Origin: a bacterium
Lineage (GTDB): Bacteria; Hinthialibacterota; Hinthialibacteria; Hinthialibacterales; Hinthialibacteraceae
Assembly (NCBI GenBank): GCA_041946805.1
Contig: JBHGBC010000101.1
Location: 1-21,814 of the forward strand
Reading direction: 5' to 3'
Length of the DNA stretch: 21,814 nt
Part shown: positions 7,034 to 15,097 of the stretch, one piece after another
How the letters are laid out: each line of letters opens with the position of its first letter
How positions within the stretch are numbered: the stretch's first letter is position 1
Notes under the pieces: generated by a model
What the model saw: the letters and a program-made list of their open reading frames with translations, nothing else
Told to the model about the DNA's origin: nothing
Database searches by the model: none
Made by a program: the position numbers and the translations under genes

Positions 7034-8302
7034 TCACGCCGGGACGATTTCCCGTTTCTTCGGATCGAACTTCATCCGGCGCCCTTCCTCGTAAGCCCGG
7101 TCGGCCAGGATGCAGGCCACGCCGTGCTTGTAACCCGCGTCCATGTCGGCGTTGGGCTGCTGGCGCGACCGGATGCAGCGCACCCAGTTAGCCATATGGT
7201 CTTCCTCGGTGGTGTTGGGCAGTTCGATCGGTTCCTTGACCTTCTCCGGATGCTCGCTGCCGTCGCCCGAAATCCGCGCGCGGATGCCGTCCCGGTTGCC
7301 GTCCGGTTCATTCATTACCAGGGTCCCCTTGGTGCCGAAGAACATGGTGTAATCGTGGGCGGCGTTGCCGAAATGCGTGGTGTACAGGGTGGTGAAGCCC
7401 TCGGCGTAATCCAGCAGCGCGGTCACGGTGTCCGGGCAGGTGCGGCGGGGATCCGAGGTGGGCGAATAGATGCCGCCCTGCGCCGTGGCGGTGAGGGGGA
7501 AGCCCGCGCCGGTAATAAAGTGCAGAAAATCGGAGAAATGGCTCATCCAGCCGCCGACGGTCCCGGACGAAAAGTCGCGGTAACCCATCCAGCAGGCGTG
7601 CTGGTCGGCGTCGAAGGGGCGGTAGGGGCGGTTGAAGAGAAACGCTTTCCAATCGGTGTCCTCTTCCCGCTCCGGCTTCGGGTAGTTGTTCCAATAGGGG
7701 ATGTAATGGCTGCGGCATTCCTCGATCCGCAGGATTTTCCCCAGCTTCCCGGCCTGGATGAACTCCCGCATGGGCTGCGCGCCGGCGCTGCTGCGCCCCT
7801 GGGTGCCGTGTTGCACGATGCGGTCCGAGGCCTTGACCACGTCGTACAGTTCGTTGAGTTCATCCAGGGTGACCGCGATGGGTTTCTCGACGTACACGTC
7901 CTTGCCGGCCTTCACGGCGTCGGCGGCCATGGGGCAGTGCTGGTGGTCGGGCGTGGCGATCAGCACCGCGTCGATGTCCTTGTTGTCCAGCATTTCACGG
8001 TAATCTTTGTATAACACCGGCGTGACCTGAAACCGTTTTTCGATTTCCGCTTTGGCCTGTTCCCGTTGCACGCTCCAGATATCGCACGCCGCGATGACCT
8101 TCAGCGGCTCCACCGAGGCGGTCCGCTCGAGCCAGCCGATATGGTACCGGCCACGGCCGCCCGTTCCGAGCATGCCGATCTGTACCCGGTCATTCGCGCC
8201 CAGCACCCGCGCGGGGCGGACGGCGGGCAACGCACCGAGGGCCGCCCCGGCGGCCAGGGTTTGCGTGATGAATTGCCGGCGGTTGGATGAGGATTGAGTC
8301 AT
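7034..8302 (-). CDS. Gfo/Idh/MocA family NAD(P)-dependent oxidoreductase with Tat signal
   Basis: NRRQFI leader; VLGANDRVQIGMLGTGGRG; IATPDHQH; DVYVEKP; WMSHFSD. Start placed at 8302 rather than 8323 because AGGGAG lies just upstream of it. Confidence 0.9.
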   Translation of the reverse strand: MTQSSSNRRQFITQTLAAGAALGALPAVRPARVLGANDRVQIGMLGTGGRGRYHIGWLERTASVEPLKVIAACDIWSVQREQAKAEIEKRFQVTPVLYKDYREMLDNKDIDAVLIATPDHQHCPMAADAVKAGKDVYVEKPIAVTLDELNELYDVVKASDRIVQHGTQGRSSAGAQPMREFIQAGKLGKILRIEECRSHYIPYWNNYPKPEREEDTDWKAFLFNRPYRPFDADQHACWMGYRDFSSGTVGGWMSHFSDFLHFITGAGFPLTATAQGGIYSPTSDPRRTCPDTVTALLDYAEGFTTLYTTHFGNAAHDYTMFFGTKGTLVMNEPDGNRDGIRARISGDGSEHPEKVKEPIELPNTTEEDHMANWVRCIRSRQQPNADMDAGYKHGVACILADRAYEEGRRMKFDPKKREIVPA

Positions 8303-8352
8303 GAGTGGTATCTCCCTTTGCATTTGGTATGCGTTTGGATGAATGATGGGTA

Positions 8353-8547
8353 TCAGCTCACCGAGACATGGATTTCCTGAGTTTTATCGACATTTTTGGA
8401 CGCTTGCAGTATTTCGATCCGCACTAGACCGCCGTCATACCCGAAATCGGCGATAATGCCCGGCCGGATTTCATCGCTTTCCTGGATGCGCTCCTCGCGC
8501 AACGTCAGGATCAGGGAATCGGTCTCCCGGTCGTAGGCTACTTTCAT
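8353..8547 (-). CDS. DUF2283-family small protein
   Basis: 64 aa; MKVAYDRETDSLILTL...SDEIRPGIIADFGYDGGLVRIEILQAS fits the DUF2283 pattern YD...D.L.......S.E...G...D....G....IEIL.AS (from memory). Confidence 0.8.
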   Translation of the reverse strand: MKVAYDRETDSLILTLREERIQESDEIRPGIIADFGYDGGLVRIEILQASKNVDKTQEIHVSVS

Positions 8548-8612
8548 GGCTCTTCATTTCTGGGTATTTATTACAATTTCCGGTTCTTCCCATTCATTCC
8601 CGTCCTCTCCCT

Positions 8613-8640
8613 TGTCATTCCCGCGAAAGCGGGAATCCAG
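8613..8640 (+). repeat. REP family D, copy 2
   Basis: tgtcattcccgcgaaagcgggaatccag; hairpin attcccgc-gaaa-gcgggaat. Confidence 0.85.
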
Positions 8641-8672
8641 GCCATTGTAGATCGGGGGATTCGCCTCCATCC

Positions 8673-8850
8673 AATCCCGGAAGGATTGAATGGGAATAGC
8701 CGGGGATGAAAACCCCCGGGTACGAATCAGGAGAAGACGACCCTGAAGGGATCGAATGGTTGCAATTCAACCCCTCCGGGGTTGGTTTTCGTTTTACGAA
8801 ACCGTAGGCTGTCGCCTACGGCTATTCACATGGGATCCTTGTTCAGGGTC
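8673..8850 (-). repeat. Family C six-hairpin REPIN/MITE-like element, copy 2 (inverted relative to copy 1)
   Basis: The reverse complement reads ...atgtgaatagccgtaggcgacagcctacggt...accaaccccggaggggttgaa...cagggtcgt...ccgggggttttcatccccggctattcccattcaatccttccgggatt, colinear with 5451-5628. Confidence 0.85.
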
Positions 8851-8868
8851 CAAATTCCATCCCCTATC

Positions 8869-8898
8869 AAAAAAAAACGGGAACATCTGCTTCCCCGC
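8869..8898 (-). terminator. Probable rho-independent terminator after the 8900-9721 isomerase
   Basis: Minus strand: gcgggga-agcagatg-ttcccgt stem-loop running into a 9-T tract immediately after the stop codon. Confidence 0.6.
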
Positions 8899-8899
8899 C

Positions 8900-9721
8900 T
8901 CACGCCACCCGCCGCAAATGTTCCAAGCTGCTCCGCGCCTGGTCGATGGTGCCGCATTCCACCGAGAAGACGATGTCCCGGGGCAGCGGCCGGACGATGT
9001 CGGCGACCCGCTTCCAGTCGATGACCCCCTCGCCGCAGGCCACGCCCACGGGCACGCCGGTGACGTGGCCCCGCTCGGCCATCTGCACCCCGCCGATGTC
9101 CTTGGCGTGCAGGTGATAGAGTTTGTGCTTGACCGCCTCCAGCATCTCGTAGGGATCGTTCCCCGCAATGAAGGCGTTGCCCGTGTCGTAGTTGATCTGC
9201 AGGTATTCCGAATCGACCAGGGTGGCAATGCGCAGCAACCCCTCGGTGGTCTTCGAATAGATCTGGTGGTCTTCGATGCCCACGAAGACGCCGTAGCGGT
9301 CCGCGGTCTTCAGCACCTGAGTGAGCGTGTATTTCATCACCTGGAAGGCGTGCTCGTCGTCCATCCAATCGGGCTTGATTCCCTCATCCGTGTTGACGAT
9401 GGGAACCCCGATGTCCGCGGCGAAGCGGATGGCCTTCTGCAGGTAGGGAACGCTGATTTCGGGACGCATCAACGGGCAATGTGCCGACAATCCGGAAATT
9501 TTCACCCCGTGGCGGTCGCAGATTTCCCGCATGGCCAGCGGATCTTCGTCCATGCTGTACGAATGGAAATAGCCCGCCTCGCTCAGCAACTCCCGCCCGT
9601 TGTGGACCATCGGTTCGATGAACTCATATCCCATCTCCCCCGCGATACGCACGCCCTCGGCGAACGATTTGTCCGCGCTCCGGACGAATTCCATGTTGAC
9701 TCCGATCAGAATTCTTCCCAT
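8900..9721 (-). CDS. Sugar phosphate isomerase/epimerase family protein (xylose isomerase-like TIM barrel); paralog of 4443-5288
   Basis: IEDH ... NYDTGNAFIAGNDP ... HLHAKD ... FSVEC. Start placed at 9721 (MGRIL), which follows GGAGGG at suitable spacing. Confidence 0.85.
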   Translation of the reverse strand: MGRILIGVNMEFVRSADKSFAEGVRIAGEMGYEFIEPMVHNGRELLSEAGYFHSYSMDEDPLAMREICDRHGVKISGLSAHCPLMRPEISVPYLQKAIRFAADIGVPIVNTDEGIKPDWMDDEHAFQVMKYTLTQVLKTADRYGVFVGIEDHQIYSKTTEGLLRIATLVDSEYLQINYDTGNAFIAGNDPYEMLEAVKHKLYHLHAKDIGGVQMAERGHVTGVPVGVACGEGVIDWKRVADIVRPLPRDIVFSVECGTIDQARSSLEHLRRVA

Positions 9722-9863
9722 GTTCATCCCTCCCTGGGTTCGGTTCCGTGGTGTCTCTTCATCATACAATAAGAAAGGTCCGCTATGATAGGCGGCGGGT
9801 GAAACGGTGCAGGGGAGGGTGAAAAAGACAATGGAGGGTAGTTTTACATCATGTCAAGGATTC

Positions 9864-9897
9864 GGGTGGACTACGCCGCGCTTGGAGCCCACCCTGC
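9864..9897 (-). repeat. Degenerate GTAG-type REP hairpin
   Basis: Minus strand gca-gggtgggct-ccaagcgcggcgt-agtccaccc: 9-bp stem, with GCAG in place of GTAG at its 5' end. Confidence 0.5.
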
Positions 9898-9910
9898 AAA
9901 CAACGACTCT

Positions 9911-9943
9911 CCCTCTCCCTCTGGGAGAGGGCCGGGGTAAGGG
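9911..9943 (-). repeat. REP-like palindrome family A, copy 3 (inverted)
   Basis: Reverse complement cccttaccccggccctctccc-aga-gggagaggg. Confidence 0.85.
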
Positions 9944-9998
9944 AAAATCTAACTGAAATGACCACCTTTCGACTGATAGAAAAACCTGTGCTTCGAAT

Positions 9999-10081
9999 GG
10001 GAAGACGAGGCTCCTGCCGTGCCGCTTGGAAACCCCAAGCCGATAGATTCTATGACGGCTCACCCGGAAATTCCCCCTCCC
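9999..10081 (-). repeat. REPIN-like doublet family B, copy 2 (inverted, degenerate)
   Basis: gggaagacgaggctcctgccg ... cggctcacccggaaattccccctccc matches the arms of the reverse complement of 3378-3456; the spacer is unrelated. Confidence 0.75.
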
Positions 10082-10131
10082 GGTTTTTCTCTTCACCAGG
10101 ACATCTCCAACGGGCTTTCCGGATGAAACGA

Positions 10132-11697
10132 TTATTGATTCGTTGATGACTGAACCGGCGTTTCCTCCCCCGTCTCGATCTGCAGCAGCGGCGTTTCGTG
10201 CCAGGGACGGGCTTGAATATACGGCTGGACGGAGCGCTCGATGACCTTCACCGAGGGCTCGAGCGCCTTCTGCAGGGGGTAGGGATACAATCCGATCGCG
10301 AAACACAGCAGCGCCAGGGGCAGCAGCAGGATGACCTCGCGGGCCGTCACGTCCTTCAGGTTCTGGTTGGCCTCCACGGTGATGGGGCCGAACATCATTT
10401 TCTGGTAGAGCCACAGCATGTAAGCCGCGCCCAGCACGAGACCGGTGGCCGCCAGGCAGGCCCAGGGGATCGACCGGCCCATCAGACCCGCCAGGATCAG
10501 GAACTCGCCGATGAATCCATTCAAACCTGGCAGCCCGATTGACGAGAGCATGAAGATCATGAAAAAGGCCGCGTACACCGGCATGGGCTTCGCCAGGCCG
10601 CCGAATTCGCGGATTTCGCGGGTATGCCGCCGGTCGTACAGGATCCCCACGATCAAAAACAACGCCCCGGTGGAGATGCCGTGATTGATCATCTGGATGA
10701 TCCCGCCCTGGATGCCTTGCGCGTTCCAGGCCAGGATGCCCGCCAAGAGCAGGCCCATGTGGCTCACCGACGAATAGGCCACCAACCGTTTCACGTCCGT
10801 CTGCGCCAGGGCCACCATCGCGCCGTAAATCACTCCGATAACGGCCAGCAGCATCAACACCGGCGTGAACGCCACCGTGGCCTGCGGAAAGATGGGCGCC
10901 GCGAATCGCAAGAATCCATACACCCCGGTCTTCAGCAGGATGCCCGCCAGGATCACCGAACCGGCCGTCGGCGCTTCCGTGTGCGCGTAGGGCAGCCAGG
11001 TGTGCAGCGGGAAGACCGGCATCTTGATCAGAAAGGCCAGCACGAAGGCGGCGAACAACCAATTCTGCGTGGACGCGTCCAGTTTGAGCGCGGTGAAATT
11101 CTCGAAATTGAACGACACGCCGCCCTGCAGCGCCCGGCCGGCTTCGAAATACAGGTAGAAGATGACCAGCAGCATCAACGCCGACCCGAACGCCGTATAC
11201 AGGAAAAACTTAATGCCGGCGTAGATCCGGTCCTTGCCGCCCCACACGCCGATGATGAAATACATGGGCACCAGCATCAGCTCCCAAAACATATAGAACA
11301 AGAAGAGATCCAGGGCGGTGAAGGTTCCCAGCATCCCCGTTTCCAGCAGCAGCAGGCAGAAATAATATTCCTTGAGATGCTTCTGAATGCTGTCGAACGA
11401 GGCCAGAATCGACAAACTGGTCAGCAGCGTGGTCAGCACGATCAGCAGCAGGCTCAATCCGTCCACTCCCACCCGGTAATCGATGCCCAGCGCGGGTATC
11501 CAGCTCACGGGCGGCGGGCCGAGATGAAAGCCCTCCGCCCCGTAGGGGAACATCATCAGCAAGGGCGCGCACAACAGCAACGGAGCCAGCGAGACGCCGA
11601 GCGCCACCTCCTTGCACCATTCGGCCTGGCGCTTCGGGAGCAAAAGCAGCAAGAGGCCGCCCAGCAGGGGTATGAACGTGATCAGGGTCAATAACAT
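10132..11697 (-). CDS. nuoM: NADH-quinone oxidoreductase subunit M
   Basis: GVDGLS, LDLFLFYMFWELMLVPMYFIIGVWG, KFFLYT, IKMPVFPLHTWLP.AHTEAP, AYSSVSHMG, GLPGLNGFIGEF. Start set to MLLTL (11697), a 10-bp overlap with the nuoL end. Confidence 0.95.
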   Translation of the reverse strand: MLLTLITFIPLLGGLLLLLLPKRQAEWCKEVALGVSLAPLLLCAPLLMMFPYGAEGFHLGPPPVSWIPALGIDYRVGVDGLSLLLIVLTTLLTSLSILASFDSIQKHLKEYYFCLLLLETGMLGTFTALDLFLFYMFWELMLVPMYFIIGVWGGKDRIYAGIKFFLYTAFGSALMLLVIFYLYFEAGRALQGGVSFNFENFTALKLDASTQNWLFAAFVLAFLIKMPVFPLHTWLPYAHTEAPTAGSVILAGILLKTGVYGFLRFAAPIFPQATVAFTPVLMLLAVIGVIYGAMVALAQTDVKRLVAYSSVSHMGLLLAGILAWNAQGIQGGIIQMINHGISTGALFLIVGILYDRRHTREIREFGGLAKPMPVYAAFFMIFMLSSIGLPGLNGFIGEFLILAGLMGRSIPWACLAATGLVLGAAYMLWLYQKMMFGPITVEANQNLKDVTAREVILLLPLALLCFAIGLYPYPLQKALEPSVKVIERSVQPYIQARPWHETPLLQIETGEETPVQSSTNQ

Positions 11698-13619
11698 AGC
11701 AACAACCAAACCGCCAGAAACACCATGCCCAGCACGGTGGCCAGGGCGTAATGGGGAATCGATCCCGTCTGGACGCGGCGCAGCCGGTCCGCCGCCTGGG
11801 CCGTGGACCGGGCCAGGCCGTTGAGGCCGGCAACAATTACCCGCTCGTCGAAATCGTAGACTGCCCGGCACAGGCGCAAGTAATGTTGCACGAAAACCTC
11901 GTGATAGATTTCATCCACGCGGTATTTCTCGATCAACACCTGGTAAGGGGCCGCGAAGAATTCCCGCAGCCGCCCGGCCAGGTCCGGCGCCCAAACGTAC
12001 ACCAGCCGGGCGCAGAAAATTCCCGCCAGGGCTACGGCCATCGAGACCGCCGCCAACAGCCATTCGGCCATGTGCTCCGAGATGGCGCCATCCAATAGGC
12101 TTTCGCGTTCCGGAGCATGCGCCGGATGCGCCACTGGCCCCAGGAAATCGTGAAAGCCGGTGTAGCCGAAAAGAGGCATGTTCAGCCAGCCCGCCGTGAC
12201 CGAGAAGAAGGCCAGAACCGCCAGGGGAACCCACATGAGAGCCGGCGATTCGTGCAGATGGGCCTGTTGCTCCGCCGTCCCCCGGAACTCGCCCGAGAAC
12301 AACAGGTTGTAAAGCCGGAACATATAAAACGCCGTCAGGAACGCAGCCACGCAGCCCAGCATCCATAGGAAGATCCGCCCCGCCGAAAACGCCTCCCACA
12401 AGATCTCGTCCTTGGAAAAAAAACCGGCCAGGGGAGGGATGCCCGCGATGGCGAGCGCCGCGGTCAGAAACGTGGCCCTCGTATAGGGCATGGATTTGCG
12501 CAAACCGCCTGCCTCGAACACGTCCACGTCGGTGGTGCGGTGAAAGGCATGCAGCACCGATCCCGCTCCCAAAAAGAGGCAGGCCTTGAAAAAGGCGTGA
12601 GTCATCAGATGAAATATGGCCGCCGCATACGCTCCGCTGCCGCAGGCCACGAACATGTACCCCAGCTGGCTGATGGTGGAATAGGCCAGGATCTTTTTCG
12701 CGTCCCGCTGCGTCAAGGCGATGCTCGCGGCTCCAATCGCGGTCAGGCCGCCCACCGCGCCGGCCACCAGCAAGGCCGCCGGGGCGAGTGAAAACAGCGT
12801 ATGGAGCCGCGCCATCATGTATACCCCGGCGGTTACCATGGTCGCGGCGTGAATCAGGGCGCTGACCGGCGTCGGTCCCGCCATGGCGTCCGGCAGCCAA
12901 ACATACAAGGGAATCTGAGCGGATTTGCCTGTCGCGCCCAAAAACAAGAGCAGAGAAATGACCGTCACCGGGACCCCCTGGCTCGCGAACACCGCGGGCA
13001 TTTTTTCATTCAATTCGGTGAACTTCAGGGTGTCCGTGTACCAAAAGAGCAGCAAGAGGCCCAACAGGAAACCGAAATCCCCGATCCGGTTGACCAAAAA
13101 CGCCTTCGTGCCCGCGTCGGCCGCGTAGTCCCGGTCGTAGTAGTAGCCGATCAGCAGATACGAGCACAATCCAACACCCTCCCAGCCGATGAACAGCACC
13201 GGCAACGAATTGCCCATCACCAGGAGCAGCATGAAAAACGTGAACAACGGCATGTAGGTGAAGAACCGCGTGTAGCCGGGATCGCCGCGCATGTAGCCCA
13301 TGGCGTACACGAAAATAACCGTCCCCACGAACGTCACCACCAGCATCATCACCGCCGCGAGGGGATCGATCAACACGCCGGCCGGGACCACCAGCTTCTC
13401 GACCGCCAGCCAGGTGAAATAATCGAATTCCAGGGTCCGGGAATCCACGGTCCGCGTCAGCAGAGACGCCAGGGCTCCCAGCGACAACAGAAACGAGGCC
13501 GCCAGCGACGCCGCGGTCACGTGGCCGGCTTTGTCCCGGATCCAGCGGGGCCCCAGCAGCCCGTTGACCAGCGCCGCCATCCCCGGCAATATGGGAATCA
13601 ACCAAACCCAGTAGCTCAT
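11688..13619 (-). CDS. nuoL: NADH-quinone oxidoreductase subunit L
   Basis: FIGWEGVGLCSYLLIGYY, KAFLVNRIGDFG, GKSAQIPLYVWLPDAMAGPTPVSALIHAATMV, HAFFKACLFL, FFSKDEIL and a lateral helix ending QTG. Start MSYWVW (13619) has an ATGA overlap with the nuoN stop. Confidence 0.95.
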   Translation of the reverse strand: MSYWVWLIPILPGMAALVNGLLGPRWIRDKAGHVTAASLAASFLLSLGALASLLTRTVDSRTLEFDYFTWLAVEKLVVPAGVLIDPLAAVMMLVVTFVGTVIFVYAMGYMRGDPGYTRFFTYMPLFTFFMLLLVMGNSLPVLFIGWEGVGLCSYLLIGYYYDRDYAADAGTKAFLVNRIGDFGFLLGLLLLFWYTDTLKFTELNEKMPAVFASQGVPVTVISLLLFLGATGKSAQIPLYVWLPDAMAGPTPVSALIHAATMVTAGVYMMARLHTLFSLAPAALLVAGAVGGLTAIGAASIALTQRDAKKILAYSTISQLGYMFVACGSGAYAAAIFHLMTHAFFKACLFLGAGSVLHAFHRTTDVDVFEAGGLRKSMPYTRATFLTAALAIAGIPPLAGFFSKDEILWEAFSAGRIFLWMLGCVAAFLTAFYMFRLYNLLFSGEFRGTAEQQAHLHESPALMWVPLAVLAFFSVTAGWLNMPLFGYTGFHDFLGPVAHPAHAPERESLLDGAISEHMAEWLLAAVSMAVALAGIFCARLVYVWAPDLAGRLREFFAAPYQVLIEKYRVDEIYHEVFVQHYLRLCRAVYDFDERVIVAGLNGLARSTAQAADRLRRVQTGSIPHYALATVLGMVFLAVWLLLCY

Positions 13620-15082
13620 AAGCCTCTCAGTTGCTCCGCGATGATCTTCCAGGCCAGGTTCGGGAACACGCCCAACAGCACCACCCCCACGGCGGCCAGC
13701 CCGGCGGCGATCGTGCCGGACAGCGCCGGCGGATCGAAGACCGTCCCCGCCTCGGGTTCCCGCATGTACATGTACACGATCACCCGCAGGTAGTAATAAA
13801 ACGACAGCAGCGTGGTCAAGATGCCGGCCCCGGCCAGCACGTAATAGCGCGCCTCGATGGCCGCTCCGAACAACCACAACTTGCCGACAAAGCCCGCCGT
13901 GAACGGCATCCCCGCCAGGGAGAGCAGAAACACCGCCATCAATCCCGCCAGCAGGGGATGCTGCCGCGCGAGGCCGGAAAAATCGGCCAGGCTGTGGCAT
14001 TCCTCTCCGTTGCGGCTGGCCAGCAGCACGATCCCGAAGGCCCCGATGGTCGTGAACAGGTAGGCCGCCAGGTAAAAGAACATCGCTTCCAGACCCACCA
14101 CGCTGTTCGCCGTGAAGGCCATCGCCAGATACCCGCCGTGCGCCACGGAGGAATACGCCAGCAGCCGTTTGATATCGGTCTGCGCCAGCGCCCCCGCGTT
14201 CCCCACGATCATCGTCGCCAAGCTCAACAGCCACACGCCGTTCACCCATAAACCGCTCAGGGGCGCGAACGACAGGCCCGGCAGCGAGAACAACCGCGCC
14301 AGCGCGGCGAATCCCGCGACCTTCGAGCCCGCCGCGATCCAGGCCGTCACCGGCGTGGGCGCGCCCTGGTACACGTCCGGCGCCCACATGTGGAACGGGA
14401 CCAGGGAGATCTTGAACCCCAGTCCCACCAGCACCAGCGCGAAACCCAGCACCAGCAGGGGCGTGCCTTCTTCCCCGGCCGCCGCCTGCCCGATGGCCAC
14501 CAGGTTGGTGGTGTGGCATACACCGAACAAAAAGGCCAAACCATAAACGAAAAAGCCGGTGGAGAATGCCCCCAGCAGAAAGTACTTCATCGCCGCCTCG
14601 CCCGAGGCCAGGCTGGACGGATTGAATCCGGTCAGGACATACAGGCACAGCGACAACAGTTCGATGCCAAGGAACACGGTCACCAGGTCGGCGCTGATGG
14701 AGATGACCATCATCCCCAACGTGGCCAGGAGCAACAAGACCGTATATTCGCCGTAGGTCTCTAGGCCCATCCTTTCGGCGTAGAGATGGCTTAGCAGCAG
14801 GATGAGCCCGGTTCCGGCCAGGAACAGCTGATCGAGATAAACGCTCCAGCCGTCGCGGATCACCAGGCCTGAAAACACCTCCTCCCCCGCGGCATTCAAA
14901 CTTTGGGTGGCAATGAATGCGATTACCACGCCGGTCAACGAAGTCAGGGTGATGTTGATTTTATCGACGCGCGGCGCGAACAGGTCAAGGAACAAAACCA
15001 CCAGGGCCGTGATCAAAATCACAGCCTGGGGTGAGATCGCCAGGAAAGCGAGATCCGGAAGCGGCAGGGCGGGCGTCGTCAT
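13616..15082 (-). CDS. nuoN: NADH-quinone oxidoreductase subunit N
   Basis: FLGIELLSL, EAAMKYFLLG, FKISLVPFHMWAPDVYQGAPTPV, KRLLAYSSVAHGGY, GFVGK, YYYLRV. Confidence 0.95.
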   Translation of the reverse strand: MTTPALPLPDLAFLAISPQAVILITALVVLFLDLFAPRVDKINITLTSLTGVVIAFIATQSLNAAGEEVFSGLVIRDGWSVYLDQLFLAGTGLILLLSHLYAERMGLETYGEYTVLLLLATLGMMVISISADLVTVFLGIELLSLCLYVLTGFNPSSLASGEAAMKYFLLGAFSTGFFVYGLAFLFGVCHTTNLVAIGQAAAGEEGTPLLVLGFALVLVGLGFKISLVPFHMWAPDVYQGAPTPVTAWIAAGSKVAGFAALARLFSLPGLSFAPLSGLWVNGVWLLSLATMIVGNAGALAQTDIKRLLAYSSVAHGGYLAMAFTANSVVGLEAMFFYLAAYLFTTIGAFGIVLLASRNGEECHSLADFSGLARQHPLLAGLMAVFLLSLAGMPFTAGFVGKLWLFGAAIEARYYVLAGAGILTTLLSFYYYLRVIVYMYMREPEAGTVFDPPALSGTIAAGLAAVGVVLLGVFPNLAWKIIAEQLRGL

Positions 15083-15097
15083 GGTTCCGTGAACGGC

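Noticed and set aside
9854..11062. 402-aa minus-strand ORF overlapping nuoM in another frame
   Set aside because: Arg/Gly/Pro-rich off-frame reading typical of high-GC coding DNA.
11698..14648. N-terminal extensions of the NuoL (986 aa) and NuoM (579 aa) ORF calls, suggesting fusions
   Set aside because: The extensions are off-frame readings of nuoN and nuoL; coupled starts at 13619 and 11697 give normal-sized proteins.
10132..15082. Complex I with an extra antiporter subunit (2M type) or an Mrp antiporter
   Set aside because: Exactly one each of N, L and M is present, with subunit-specific motifs, and NuoL (643 aa) is of ordinary size.
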